Shown in pieces: positions 9,375 to 18,505 of a stretch of 64,000 bases of DNA. The stretch lies in IMG/VR virus record IMGVR_UViG_3300006922_000005; one strand, given 5' to 3'. Origin of the DNA: a virus (Duplodnaviria; Caudoviricetes). The notes under the pieces were generated by a model. The model worked only from the letters and a program-made list of their open reading frames with translations, was not told the origin of the DNA and did not search any database. Made by a program: the position numbers and the translations under genes. The first letter of the stretch is position 1. Every line of letters begins with the position of its first letter.

Positions 9375-10136
9375 TTAGCCAATTACGAATGATAATGGTT
9401 TAGAACCATCTACGTAATTTGCCAAGTCCATTTCCAATTTCTCCATTTCGGCCATTGCATCTGCTTTGAGAGCATCACCGTTGAGTGAAGTTCCGCCTTG
9501 CGGTGTTGATATGGTTGCAAATTTGCTTCTTGCTTCACCTAGCATATATTTACATACTGCTAGTGTGTAGTCTTTAAGCCATTGTCCAGCATAAGGATCA
9601 CTTAATAGATTAAAGTCTGGACGATAATTGTATAGTTGCATTAATACTTGTTCGTCTGATCTAGGACGTTGCATAATTGTAAGTTTCTTACTTACAGGAT
9701 CAAACTTAAAGTTAATAAAACTACCAAACATTTTACCAACTAATTCTTGATATCCTGCAAAAGCATAATACGTACCAAGTCCACCCATTTGTGATGAACT
9801 TAAAAGATATGAATTTGAATAAGCCAAGTTAAACGGTTCGAATAATGTTCCACCATCTCCGCCACCTGAACGTGAACCAATTGAACGTCTAAAAAGTTCT
9901 CGTACTTCTATTACTTCATTAGGTAAAATATAATCGTTTGTGTCTTCTTGAAACTCTAGTATAGCATATGATTCTTCTACAGCGTTTTCACTACGTTGTC
10001 TAAGTTTGCCAAGTGCTTTTTCTAATGCTACATCATAGTGGTTAGGATCAAGTTCAACGTCGATCATACCATCGCCGAGCATTGTTCTAACGTAATTAAA
10101 GACTGCCTGTTTCTTATTTTCTAAATCATTGCTCAT
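9375..10136 (-). CDS. gp13: Neck protein, T4 gp13-like
   Basis: LG...IDVELD, W.KDYTLA.CK..LGEARSKF..I..PQGG.SLNG. Confidence 0.8.
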   Translation of the reverse strand: MSNDLENKKQAVFNYVRTMLGDGMIDVELDPNHYDVALEKALGKLRQRSENAVEESYAILEFQEDTNDYILPNEVIEVRELFRRSIGSRSGGGDGGTLFEPFNLAYSNSYLLSSSQMGGLGTYYAFAGYQELVGKMFGSFINFKFDPVSKKLTIMQRPRSDEQVLMQLYNYRPDFNLLSDPYAGQWLKDYTLAVCKYMLGEARSKFATISTPQGGTSLNGDALKADAMAEMEKLEMDLANYVDGSKPLSFVIG

Positions 10137-10158
10137 ATAAAGTTTCCTCTGTTAAACA

Positions 10159-10175
10159 TATTTATTCTATAAATA
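10159..10175. promoter_or_regulatory. Divergent late promoters between gp13 and gp14
   Basis: tattta at 10159-10164 (minus strand) and TATAAATA at 10168-10175 (plus strand). Confidence 0.75.
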
Positions 10176-10183
10176 CAATTACT

Positions 10184-11332
10184 ATGCCCAGACTCAGTTT
10201 ATATAAACCGGAGAAATCCGCAGATTATCGCTTTATAGACAGGAATGTTAACGAATCCTTTCAAGTAGGCGGTACAGACATATTCATACACAAGTACGAA
10301 GGTCCTGTCGATCCTGGTGCTGATAAAAGCACCCCAAGTCAACCTTATGGAACAAACGATATACCTGAGACAAAAATACAAGATTTATTGTTTTTAGAAA
10401 ACAGAGATAGAAAATATTCAGATGATGTGTATGTTATCCGCGGCATTTACAACGTACAAGATTTAGACTTTGATCTTTCACAATTTGGAATGTTCTTACA
10501 GAATGATACTATTTTTATAACATTTCATATGAATTCAAGTGTTGAAAATTTAGGGCGTAAATTAATGAGTGGTGATGTATTAGAACTACCACACTTAAAA
10601 GATGAATATGCACTTAATGATTATGGTGTTTCACTTAAACGTTTTTACGTAATAGAAGATGTAAGTCGTCCAAGTGAAGGATTCAGTCAAACATGGTATC
10701 CACATTTATTAAGAGCAAAATGTAAACCAATACTTGATAGTCAAGAATTTAAAGAAATATTTGATAAAGATAGTGGCGAAGGAACAGGATCAACAATACG
10801 TGATGTACTATCAACATATGAAAAAGAAATGCAAATTAACGAAGCAGTTCTTAACCAAGCAAATGAAGATATTACAGGCGATCCTGAACAACCAGTAATT
10901 AGTGGTTATGATACAAAGCAATACTTTGTAGTACCAACTGATGATAAAGGTAACATTGATATTAATGATGACGGGTCAAGTACTCCAACATTAAAAACTG
11001 CAAAAGGAAACTTTTATGTTGGTTATCTTACTGAACAAGGAGTTCCACCAAACGGTGCTTTATACAGTTTTGGATCTCAGTTTCCACAAGCGGCCAGTGA
11101 TGGTGAATTCTTTTTAAGAACTGATTACTTTCCAAATAGACTTTTCCGTTACAACGGTAATAGATGGGTTAAATATGAAGATGCTGTAAGAGTTGAAACA
11201 CCTAGCAGTGATACTGCTAAAAATCAAATTGGTACATTTGTTAATAACAAAAGTAAAAATACTATTAACGATAAAGAAGTTGATGAACGTCAAGCATTAT
11301 CACAAGTACTTAAACCAAAGGCAGATAATTAA
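10184..11332 (+). CDS. gp14: Neck/head-closure protein, T4 gp14-like, with C-terminal extension
   Basis: LLFLENRDRKY, DLSQFG.FL..D...ITFH, GDVLELPHL; position between gp13 and gp15. Confidence 0.75.
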   Translation: MPRLSLYKPEKSADYRFIDRNVNESFQVGGTDIFIHKYEGPVDPGADKSTPSQPYGTNDIPETKIQDLLFLENRDRKYSDDVYVIRGIYNVQDLDFDLSQFGMFLQNDTIFITFHMNSSVENLGRKLMSGDVLELPHLKDEYALNDYGVSLKRFYVIEDVSRPSEGFSQTWYPHLLRAKCKPILDSQEFKEIFDKDSGEGTGSTIRDVLSTYEKEMQINEAVLNQANEDITGDPEQPVISGYDTKQYFVVPTDDKGNIDINDDGSSTPTLKTAKGNFYVGYLTEQGVPPNGALYSFGSQFPQAASDGEFFLRTDYFPNRLFRYNGNRWVKYEDAVRVETPSSDTAKNQIGTFVNNKSKNTINDKEVDERQALSQVLKPKADN

Positions 11333-12759
11333 TGCAACATTTTTATGATGGACAAATAAGACGCTTTGTAACACAGTTTGTTCGTGTTATGAGTAACTTT
11401 AGTTACAAAGATAGTGCAGGCACTTTACGTAAAATACCAACAAGTTACGGAAATCTTACTAGACAAGTAGCACATATTATTAGAGATAATAGTGAAAATA
11501 AAGTTGTTAGTGCGCCTCGTGTAAGTTGTTACATTACAGGTTTAGAATATGCACGTGATAGAGTACAAAATCCAACACATGTTAGTAAAGTACATTTACG
11601 TGAAAGAGATTACGATTCAGCAACAGGTGAATATTTAGATACCCAAGGACCTGGTTATACTGTTGAGCGTGTTATGCCAGTACCATTTAACTTACAAATG
11701 AAATGTGATGTATGGTCAACTAACACTGATCAAAAATTACAAATTATGGAACAAATGCTAGTATTGTTTAATCCTAGTTTAGAAATACAAAGTACAGCAA
11801 ACTATGTTGATTGGACAAGTTTAAGTTTAATTGAACTTCAAAGTGTAAACTTTAGTACTAGATCTATTCCACAAGGAACAGAAACAGAAATTGATATTGG
11901 AGAACTTACATTTACAATGCCTATATGGATTACACCTCCAGCAAAAGTAAAACAGTTAGGTGTAATTGAAAAAATTGTAATGAGTGTATTCGACGAAACA
12001 GGAAGTATTTCAGACGGTATTATTGACGCCGCTGATCCAATGGCAACAGTAAATGTTACACCAGGAAACTTTGGCTTGTTAGTATTAAACAATACTGCTA
12101 AATTATTAGCACCTGCTGAAGGAGTATCAGAACCAACACCAGGTAACTTTGATAGAACCGGAGAGGCTGTTAGTTGGTTTAAACTATTAGATCAATATCC
12201 AGGCAAATTTAGAGCAGGATTAAGTACAATAAGATTAGCAAAAGCAGACGGCAATGAAATAGTTGCAACAGCAAGTGTAAATCCAACTGATGACACACAA
12301 ATAGTTTTAAACTTTGATAGTGATACAGTACCTGGAAATACAATTCTTACAGACAGTGTTGCTAGTAGAGGAACTATTGATGCTATAATTGATCCATTAA
12401 CATTTAATCCAGACTTAGACAACCTAGCACAAGGTACACGTTATCTAATTCTAAATGACATACATCAACACTTAAAGAATGACAGTTCAGATTCTAACAT
12501 GAATGCTTGGCAAAATGCAGATGGTACAGTTGTACAAGCAAGTACAAATGATATCATTACATGGAATGGAAGCAACTGGGAAATTACTTTTGATGCAGGC
12601 TCTAATGATGAGCGTGCCGATTCTAGCGTAGCACAGACCCCTGTCTACATAACTAATACATATACAGGAGTACAGTACAAGTTCACAAATGATGCTGGCG
12701 CCTGGTTAAAAAGTTATGAAGGTGAGTATTTAAAAGGGTCATGGCGACTAGTACTATAA
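11332..12759 (+). CDS. gp15: Tail terminator / sheath stabiliser, T4 gp15-like, with C-terminal extension
   Basis: FYD.QIRRFVTQF...FS, MPVPFNL, QKLQIMEQ.L.LFNP, FT.PIWI.PP. Confidence 0.8.
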   Translation: MQHFYDGQIRRFVTQFVRVMSNFSYKDSAGTLRKIPTSYGNLTRQVAHIIRDNSENKVVSAPRVSCYITGLEYARDRVQNPTHVSKVHLRERDYDSATGEYLDTQGPGYTVERVMPVPFNLQMKCDVWSTNTDQKLQIMEQMLVLFNPSLEIQSTANYVDWTSLSLIELQSVNFSTRSIPQGTETEIDIGELTFTMPIWITPPAKVKQLGVIEKIVMSVFDETGSISDGIIDAADPMATVNVTPGNFGLLVLNNTAKLLAPAEGVSEPTPGNFDRTGEAVSWFKLLDQYPGKFRAGLSTIRLAKADGNEIVATASVNPTDDTQIVLNFDSDTVPGNTILTDSVASRGTIDAIIDPLTFNPDLDNLAQGTRYLILNDIHQHLKNDSSDSNMNAWQNADGTVVQASTNDIITWNGSNWEITFDAGSNDERADSSVAQTPVYITNTYTGVQYKFTNDAGAWLKSYEGEYLKGSWRLVL

Positions 12760-13187
12760 AAGATAAAAACATTGTTTGCAGTGGAGCATTATTTTATGCT
12801 CGTAATACCAAACGATTTCTATTCTTAGAACGCACTAAAACAAAAACTGCTGGACAGTGGGGACTTGTTGGCGGAATGGCTGAAGGAAATGAAACTCCTT
12901 GGACAGCACTTGAACGTGAAATAAGTGAAGAAGTTGGAAAAACTCCAACAATTAAAAAAGTTATTCCTTTAGAAATGTTTACATCAAACGATAGTAAATT
13001 TCATTTTCATACATATCTTGCTATTATTGATAATGAATTTATTCCTATATTAAATGACGAACATAGTGGTTATGCTTGGACTAATGTTAACTGTTGGCCT
13101 AAACCATTACACATAGGATTGCGTAATACATTACAAAATCGTGTAATAAAAGATAAGTTACAAACAGTTTTAGATTTAATTGTTTAA
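12741..13187 (+). CDS. NUDIX hydrolase
   Basis: Complete Nudix box G-MAEGN-E-TPWTALE-REISEEVG. Confidence 0.9.
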   Translation: MATSTIKDKNIVCSGALFYARNTKRFLFLERTKTKTAGQWGLVGGMAEGNETPWTALEREISEEVGKTPTIKKVIPLEMFTSNDSKFHFHTYLAIIDNEFIPILNDEHSGYAWTNVNCWPKPLHIGLRNTLQNRVIKDKLQTVLDLIV

Positions 13188-13783
13188 GTTACGTTTGATA
13201 AATCAAGATAGTTATAATCCATCTTAATACCTAAACTTTTTGGAAGTATGTTGAACGCAATAGTTACACGTTCTTTATCGCTTGGCTGACTATCATGTAC
13301 TAGATAACTTGGAAATAATAATAATCTTCCAGGCATAGCATTAATAGTAAATATTTCACTTGTAAATGCAGTATTTTCTGCACTGCTAGTTTTTATAATT
13401 TGTCTTGTTTTATCGTGATTGTAAATTCTAGTTGGAGTATTTTCTTCAAAATATAATACACCACTTATTAAACTGTTTGAGTGAAAGTGTGAATAGATAT
13501 TTCCACCTGCTTTTTCGTCAGTGTTTGGTGCATACTTATTACCCCACATCTGAGTAATAAAATATTCTTCTTTCCTCCAACCTACTGTTTCACTAAATGC
13601 ACATGCACTATCTAAAATACTTTTTACAGTATCTTTCATATAATCTTTTTTATGTAAGTCATCTTCACTTTGTAAGAAACTATCACCTTGTACCCAATTT
13701 ATTTTGGATATATCTGGAAGATCAATAGTTGTAGTTGCAATTGGTATTGGAAAGATACCGCTAATGTTCAGTTCATTCTTCAT
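13184..13783 (-). CDS. 2OG-Fe(II) oxygenase-like protein (HxH type)
   Basis: W.N....HFHSNSLISGVLY...LLFPSYLVH...R.TIAFN. Confidence 0.8.
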   Translation of the reverse strand: MKNELNISGIFPIPIATTTIDLPDISKINWVQGDSFLQSEDDLHKKDYMKDTVKSILDSACAFSETVGWRKEEYFITQMWGNKYAPNTDEKAGGNIYSHFHSNSLISGVLYFEENTPTRIYNHDKTRQIIKTSSAENTAFTSEIFTINAMPGRLLLFPSYLVHDSQPSDKERVTIAFNILPKSLGIKMDYNYLDLSNVT

Positions 13784-13813
13784 ACAAATAGTTATATAAT
13801 AAGTACTATTACA

Positions 13814-14539
13814 ATGGACAAACTGAAGATTAAATTTACTAAACCCCCCGGAGCAATTAATAGTTTAACAGCACAACAAGTAGTTGTTGATAAATTTGAA
13901 GATTGGGAAGAAATTCCTGATCCTATGCCTGCTACAAAGATGGTACCTGATTGGTTTAAACAAACTAAACCATTAGGAGGTCCTATTGATACTATGCCTA
14001 CTATTAAGAAATGTCCACCATTTTTAGATGCAATAACATCAGGATATATAATTAATTTTTGTTCTACACTTAATGTTAAACACATTACAGATTCACAAGT
14101 TTCTAAAACAGGTAAAGGGTCAATGTTTATGAGTTCACATGCTATTGGACAGTTTGAAAATGCTCCGTGGTATGGCAAACCTGTATTAAAATTTGCTAGT
14201 CCGTGGATTATTGAAACTCCGCCAGGTTGGAGTTGCTTTTTTACTCACCCATTAAATGTTCCAAATGATCAATATCATATGTTGAGTGGTATAGTTGATA
14301 CAGATACGTACAGAGTTCCTGTTAATTTTCCTTTTGTAATGAACACGCCGTTAGGAGGAGAATTTAATTTTGATACTAAAACTCCAATGGTACAAGTTAT
14401 TCCTTTTAAAAGACAAGATTGGGAAATGGAAGTTGGTACAACAGATTGGGACGAATGGAAGACTCACCAAGGAGTATTAGGAAACTCTGGTGACGAGGCT
14501 TATAAAAAGAACTTTCATATAAAGAAAAAATTTACTTAG
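13814..14539 (+). CDS. Conserved phage protein of unknown function
   Basis: Start reassigned to MDKLKIKF at 13814. Motifs [47 protein letters not shown]. Confidence 0.7.
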   Translation: MDKLKIKFTKPPGAINSLTAQQVVVDKFEDWEEIPDPMPATKMVPDWFKQTKPLGGPIDTMPTIKKCPPFLDAITSGYIINFCSTLNVKHITDSQVSKTGKGSMFMSSHAIGQFENAPWYGKPVLKFASPWIIETPPGWSCFFTHPLNVPNDQYHMLSGIVDTDTYRVPVNFPFVMNTPLGGEFNFDTKTPMVQVIPFKRQDWEMEVGTTDWDEWKTHQGVLGNSGDEAYKKNFHIKKKFT

Positions 14540-14840
14540 GAGTAACTGTAACAGTGCCCATGCCCTGTTTTACTTCAAACTTAACACCTTTATCATCGCC
14601 TACAATTTGAATGTCAGGACCACTAATACGCACAAGGTTAATCATTATATCGTAACGACTGCGTTTATCAGGGTTACTTAATATATCATATGCTTCTTTA
14701 ACTTTTTGAAAAACTTTTGGATCACCTTTTCTATCAGGGTGAGTTTTCATAGACAATTTTCTGTATGCTTCTTTAATTTCACTTTGAGAAGCACTAGCGT
14801 TAACGCCTAAAACTTTATATAAATTATCTTCTTGCGTCAT
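14532..14840 (-). CDS. Stand-alone J-domain (DnaJ-like) protein
   Basis: YKVLGV...[12 protein letters not shown]...HPD...F..VKEAY.ILS.P.KR.RYD. Confidence 0.9.
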   Translation of the reverse strand: MTQEDNLYKVLGVNASASQSEIKEAYRKLSMKTHPDRKGDPKVFQKVKEAYDILSNPDKRSRYDIMINLVRISGPDIQIVGDDKGVKFEVKQGMGTVTVTPK

Positions 14841-15168
14841 AGAGCAAATCGATTTCAGTAATTGAAATTTTAGCGTCTACAAACGTACTATCTTCGCCGT
14901 ATTTAATTGGCTTAACTGCAATAAACCCACCGCGAACGTTTGGCATTATTTCAACACAGTTAGGTGGAATAATAAGATCATAATTTTCAGCAGTAATCAA
15001 TTCGTTTTGTGAATTTTCATCTGTTGTAAATCTTAAATGAAATGCCGAATTACTTGTTGCTACTCTTACTTGTTCAGTAAAGAATGGCCCCATTCTAAAA
15101 CTTGCATCACCTGTGACGTCTGTTACTTCATATACGTTGGTTGTATAAAATCTTTTAATCATGCTCAT
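14824..15168 (-). CDS. Hypothetical small beta-rich protein
   Basis: 114-aa ORF with a perfect TATAAATA at 15174-15181 immediately upstream. Confidence 0.65.
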   Translation of the reverse strand: MSMIKRFYTTNVYEVTDVTGDASFRMGPFFTEQVRVATSNSAFHLRFTTDENSQNELITAENYDLIIPPNCVEIMPNVRGGFIAVKPIKYGEDSTFVDAKISITEIDLLYDARR

Positions 15169-15176
15169 ACAACTAT

Positions 15177-16673
15177 TTATATGTTCTTATACCATTTTGT
15201 GAGATAGTCATAATGGTTGTCTAAGTCACGCATTGTACGATCTATACGATAGTTTTCACTATCAACATAACTTTCTGAATATTTCAAATAATCATCGCTC
15301 ATAAAAGAAATACTTTTGTCATAAAAGTCACTGCCGTATAACATTTCAAACCATTGTCCTGTATGAAACATACTAGTGATTCCAGGTAGGAACATACTAT
15401 CTTTTGGACCGGGTACAAACATTTCTAACCTTTTCTTACATGTATCTGGAAGTTCTTTGCTTGTAACATCTCTCCAAAATTGTGTGTCTTTTCTAGAAGC
15501 AAATTTATAGTGTGTAAAAATAAAATCTCTAATTTCATAGTACATTGATAACCATTGATTATTAATATAATGTAAATTATCCTTACCCCATGCACCGTCA
15601 CTAAATCTTAAACTTTCTACTAAAAATTCAACTGACTTTGTAGTAAATGTTATTCCTGTTGCTTCTAATGGTTCTACAAATCCTGCACTTAATCCTATTG
15701 CTACTACATTATCGTGTGCAATACCTTCGTGTGTACCAATACGCATTTCTAAATGATTTGCAGGAGCATCAAACTCACCAATTGCTTCACGTAATTCTGC
15801 TTCTGCATTTTCTTTTGAACAGTATGCATCACTGTAAACATAGCCATTACCAATACGATCATAAGTTGGAATAGTCCAACGCCAACCGTTTTTCATAGTA
15901 GTTGCTTTTGTATAAGGATGACATTCTTCTTGTGGATTTTTATATTGTGTAGGAATAGCAACTGCTCTATTACATGGTAAATTTTCACTTTCGTCTATAT
16001 ATCTAACACCTAATGTTTTTCCTAATAATAAACTTTTAAATCCACTACAGTCTATGTATAAATCTGCGTGGTATTCAGCACCAGAAGCATCACGTAAACA
16101 TTTTATACCTTGTTCAAATGTATCTACTTCAGTAATTTCTGTGTCAACAATATCAATTTTATCTTTAATATTTTCTTTTACTGTTTCGCCAATTTTATGT
16201 GCATCAAAGTGTACAGCGTCCCATGATGGTGTAAGGAACCCGTGTGTAAAATCCATAACATGACTTAGTTTTGGAGATTTATTTGCTTTAGCAAGTTTAT
16301 AACTTTGTACAAAGTTGAAAAATTCTTTTTTACTTTTACCTAACCAATAATTAAATGTTGGAATTTCAGGACCTAATACAAAACTGCCATAATCGTCATT
16401 GTCTACAAAATAAGGTTCATCGCTCCAGCCGTTAAATTCTACACCTAACTTATATGTTGCTCTTGCAGATTTCATCCAATCAACTGGCTGTAATCCACAC
16501 TTACGTAAAAACTCTGTAGTGTAAGGTTGTGTACCTTCTCCTACTCCAACAATACCAATCTTACTACTTTCAATTAGTTGTATCTTTACTGCACCTGGTA
16601 TCGTGTTTCTTAAATATGCGGCTGTTAAGTATCCACTTGTTCCGCCACCTAATATACAAATATTTTTAATCAT
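15177..16673 (-). CDS. Flavin-dependent halogenase (tryptophan halogenase family)
   Basis: GGGTSG FAD motif, IGVGEGT, ATYKLG (position of the catalytic Lys), WRWTIP (WxWxIP), FVEPLEATG. Confidence 0.9.
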   Translation of the reverse strand: MIKNICILGGGTSGYLTAAYLRNTIPGAVKIQLIESSKIGIVGVGEGTQPYTTEFLRKCGLQPVDWMKSARATYKLGVEFNGWSDEPYFVDNDDYGSFVLGPEIPTFNYWLGKSKKEFFNFVQSYKLAKANKSPKLSHVMDFTHGFLTPSWDAVHFDAHKIGETVKENIKDKIDIVDTEITEVDTFEQGIKCLRDASGAEYHADLYIDCSGFKSLLLGKTLGVRYIDESENLPCNRAVAIPTQYKNPQEECHPYTKATTMKNGWRWTIPTYDRIGNGYVYSDAYCSKENAEAELREAIGEFDAPANHLEMRIGTHEGIAHDNVVAIGLSAGFVEPLEATGITFTTKSVEFLVESLRFSDGAWGKDNLHYINNQWLSMYYEIRDFIFTHYKFASRKDTQFWRDVTSKELPDTCKKRLEMFVPGPKDSMFLPGITSMFHTGQWFEMLYGSDFYDKSISFMSDDYLKYSESYVDSENYRIDRTMRDLDNHYDYLTKWYKNI

Positions 16674-17293
16674 TTTATCTCCGCATAGTTAAAGTGTTCT
16701 TGATTTCCTAATTTAGTCGGTAACATATTAAAACTAAGAGTATAGCGAGGCTTAGGTGTTATATTTTTTTCACTTCTGTGTTCAATATAACTAGGCCATA
16801 ATATTAATTTATTAGGCTCTGCTTTACTGCTTATTCTGTCTGTTAAAAACGGACTATTTCCATCTCTAGTAACACTAATTGTATTTCTCATTTTACTTAT
16901 CGGATTATAAAACTCTGTACCACCTTGATCAGGCGTACTATTCAAATAATATACTCCACTTAATAAACTGTTAGTATGTGTATGTGGTCCAATACTTTGA
17001 CTATTGCTAAATTTATTCATCCACATACTAGTAATGTATAAATTTTCAGGTTGATAACCTATTTTATTACAATATTCTAATCCACACTTAATAATTGTTT
17101 TAGTAAAGGATTCAAATGCTACATCTTCTTGTAGATTTTGTTTAGAAATCTGATACATAGGAAATTCTTCAAATCCTTGCTTATGATTTGTCCACTCTAC
17201 AGCATCAATCATATTATGAATATCCTGATCTGTAATATCAAGTTTAAATTCTACAAATCCTGTTGGAAATAATCCAATAGTATTAGATTCCAT
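16670..17293 (-). CDS. 2OG-Fe(II) oxygenase-like protein (HxH type)
   Basis: W.N...HTHTNSLLSGVYY...LWPSYIEH...RYTLSFN. Confidence 0.8.
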   Translation of the reverse strand: MESNTIGLFPTGFVEFKLDITDQDIHNMIDAVEWTNHKQGFEEFPMYQISKQNLQEDVAFESFTKTIIKCGLEYCNKIGYQPENLYITSMWMNKFSNSQSIGPHTHTNSLLSGVYYLNSTPDQGGTEFYNPISKMRNTISVTRDGNSPFLTDRISSKAEPNKLILWPSYIEHRSEKNITPKPRYTLSFNMLPTKLGNQEHFNYAEIK

Positions 17294-17924
17294 AATGTCT
17301 ACCTCTAGAGTTTTTACCTAAATTCTTTAGATTAAAAGTATATGGTATAACAATACGTTCTTGTAACTCTATTCTATTTGTAAAATTGTTTTGTCCTGTC
17401 ATATGCGGGATATCACTTCTAAAAATTACGCACTGTCCTGTTTTAGCAGGAACATAAAATTCGCCTTCAGTATCTACAGTTCGTTGTTTAAAGTCAGGTT
17501 GCCATGGTTGCCACTTTATATCAGGTTGAAGTAATCCTAGTGGAGCAGAACCTTCAGGTGCATGTAAATAATAGACTGTACTTAATAGTGTATTTGCATG
17601 TATGTGCGGTTTATGTGTACTTGCTCCTTGTTTACTTAACACTGCCCAACTGTTTGCAACAAATATATCGTCAACATCGATATCCCAACCTATACTGTCA
17701 GAAAATTTATGTACTTGTTCTATAAGCCAAGTATTCAGATGTTGCATTTCATCATGTTGATGAATACTTTCGTCAGTTACGTAACCTAAACCTTCACCGT
17801 TATCAATACTATTGTCTTTTTCAAGACGTTTTATTAAATTGTAAATATCTTTATGGTCATTACATTGATCAACAGAGCGTTGTGCAATACCAACATTAGT
17901 AGGCCATATAGAATTTACTTGCAT
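17283..17924 (-). CDS. 2OG-Fe(II) oxygenase-like protein (HxH type)
   Basis: HIHANTLLSTVYY...IFRSDIPH...R.VI.YTFN. Confidence 0.8.
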   Translation of the reverse strand: MQVNSIWPTNVGIAQRSVDQCNDHKDIYNLIKRLEKDNSIDNGEGLGYVTDESIHQHDEMQHLNTWLIEQVHKFSDSIGWDIDVDDIFVANSWAVLSKQGASTHKPHIHANTLLSTVYYLHAPEGSAPLGLLQPDIKWQPWQPDFKQRTVDTEGEFYVPAKTGQCVIFRSDIPHMTGQNNFTNRIELQERIVIPYTFNLKNLGKNSRGRHYGI

Positions 17925-18505
17925 TATAGAAACTCCTTGATATCTTTTTCAAAAAAGATTCCTTTATCATAGTATCCGTCATATCGTTGATCAGCATAAG
18001 GACCATTTGCGTCTACATAATGTAAAAATACTTGACCTAATTTATAATCCTCAATTTCGCATTTATTACGCCAATGCATTACTTCACAACCTTTGTATAA
18101 AACAGCATCTCCATCTTCTAAAAACACTTCTTTATCTTCAATAACAATAGGCCAGTTGCCTTTTCCGTTATCACGTAATTTTACAGTTAAACTATATTCA
18201 CATGCAGGTCTATCCCTATGCTTAGGCATAGCATTTCCAGTAGTATACAAACGTGCATATGTATATGTTGGAAATAATGATAAACCTGTAAGACCTTCTA
18301 CTTTTTTATGCATAAAATTTAGAAAAGCATCAAATGTTAAGTCTCCACTTCTTGGACCTAAACACCCAGGAACCATTTCGTCTCCTGTTTTTGCTTGTGG
18401 ATCTCCTTCTTTAATATAAACCTTAGTACTAAACTCTAAGTATTCATATAAGAAATGTGCTGTTTCAAGTTCAACAAAGTTTTTTATAAGTTTATACTGC
18501 TCCAT
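17924..18505 (-). CDS. 2OG-Fe(II) oxygenase (HxD type)
   Basis: TYARLY...KHRDRPACEYSLT...GDAVLYKGCEVMHWR...QVFLHYV. Start reassigned to MEQYK at 18505 (TAATG overlap). Confidence 0.8.
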   Translation of the reverse strand: MEQYKLIKNFVELETAHFLYEYLEFSTKVYIKEGDPQAKTGDEMVPGCLGPRSGDLTFDAFLNFMHKKVEGLTGLSLFPTYTYARLYTTGNAMPKHRDRPACEYSLTVKLRDNGKGNWPIVIEDKEVFLEDGDAVLYKGCEVMHWRNKCEIEDYKLGQVFLHYVDANGPYADQRYDGYYDKGIFFEKDIKEFL

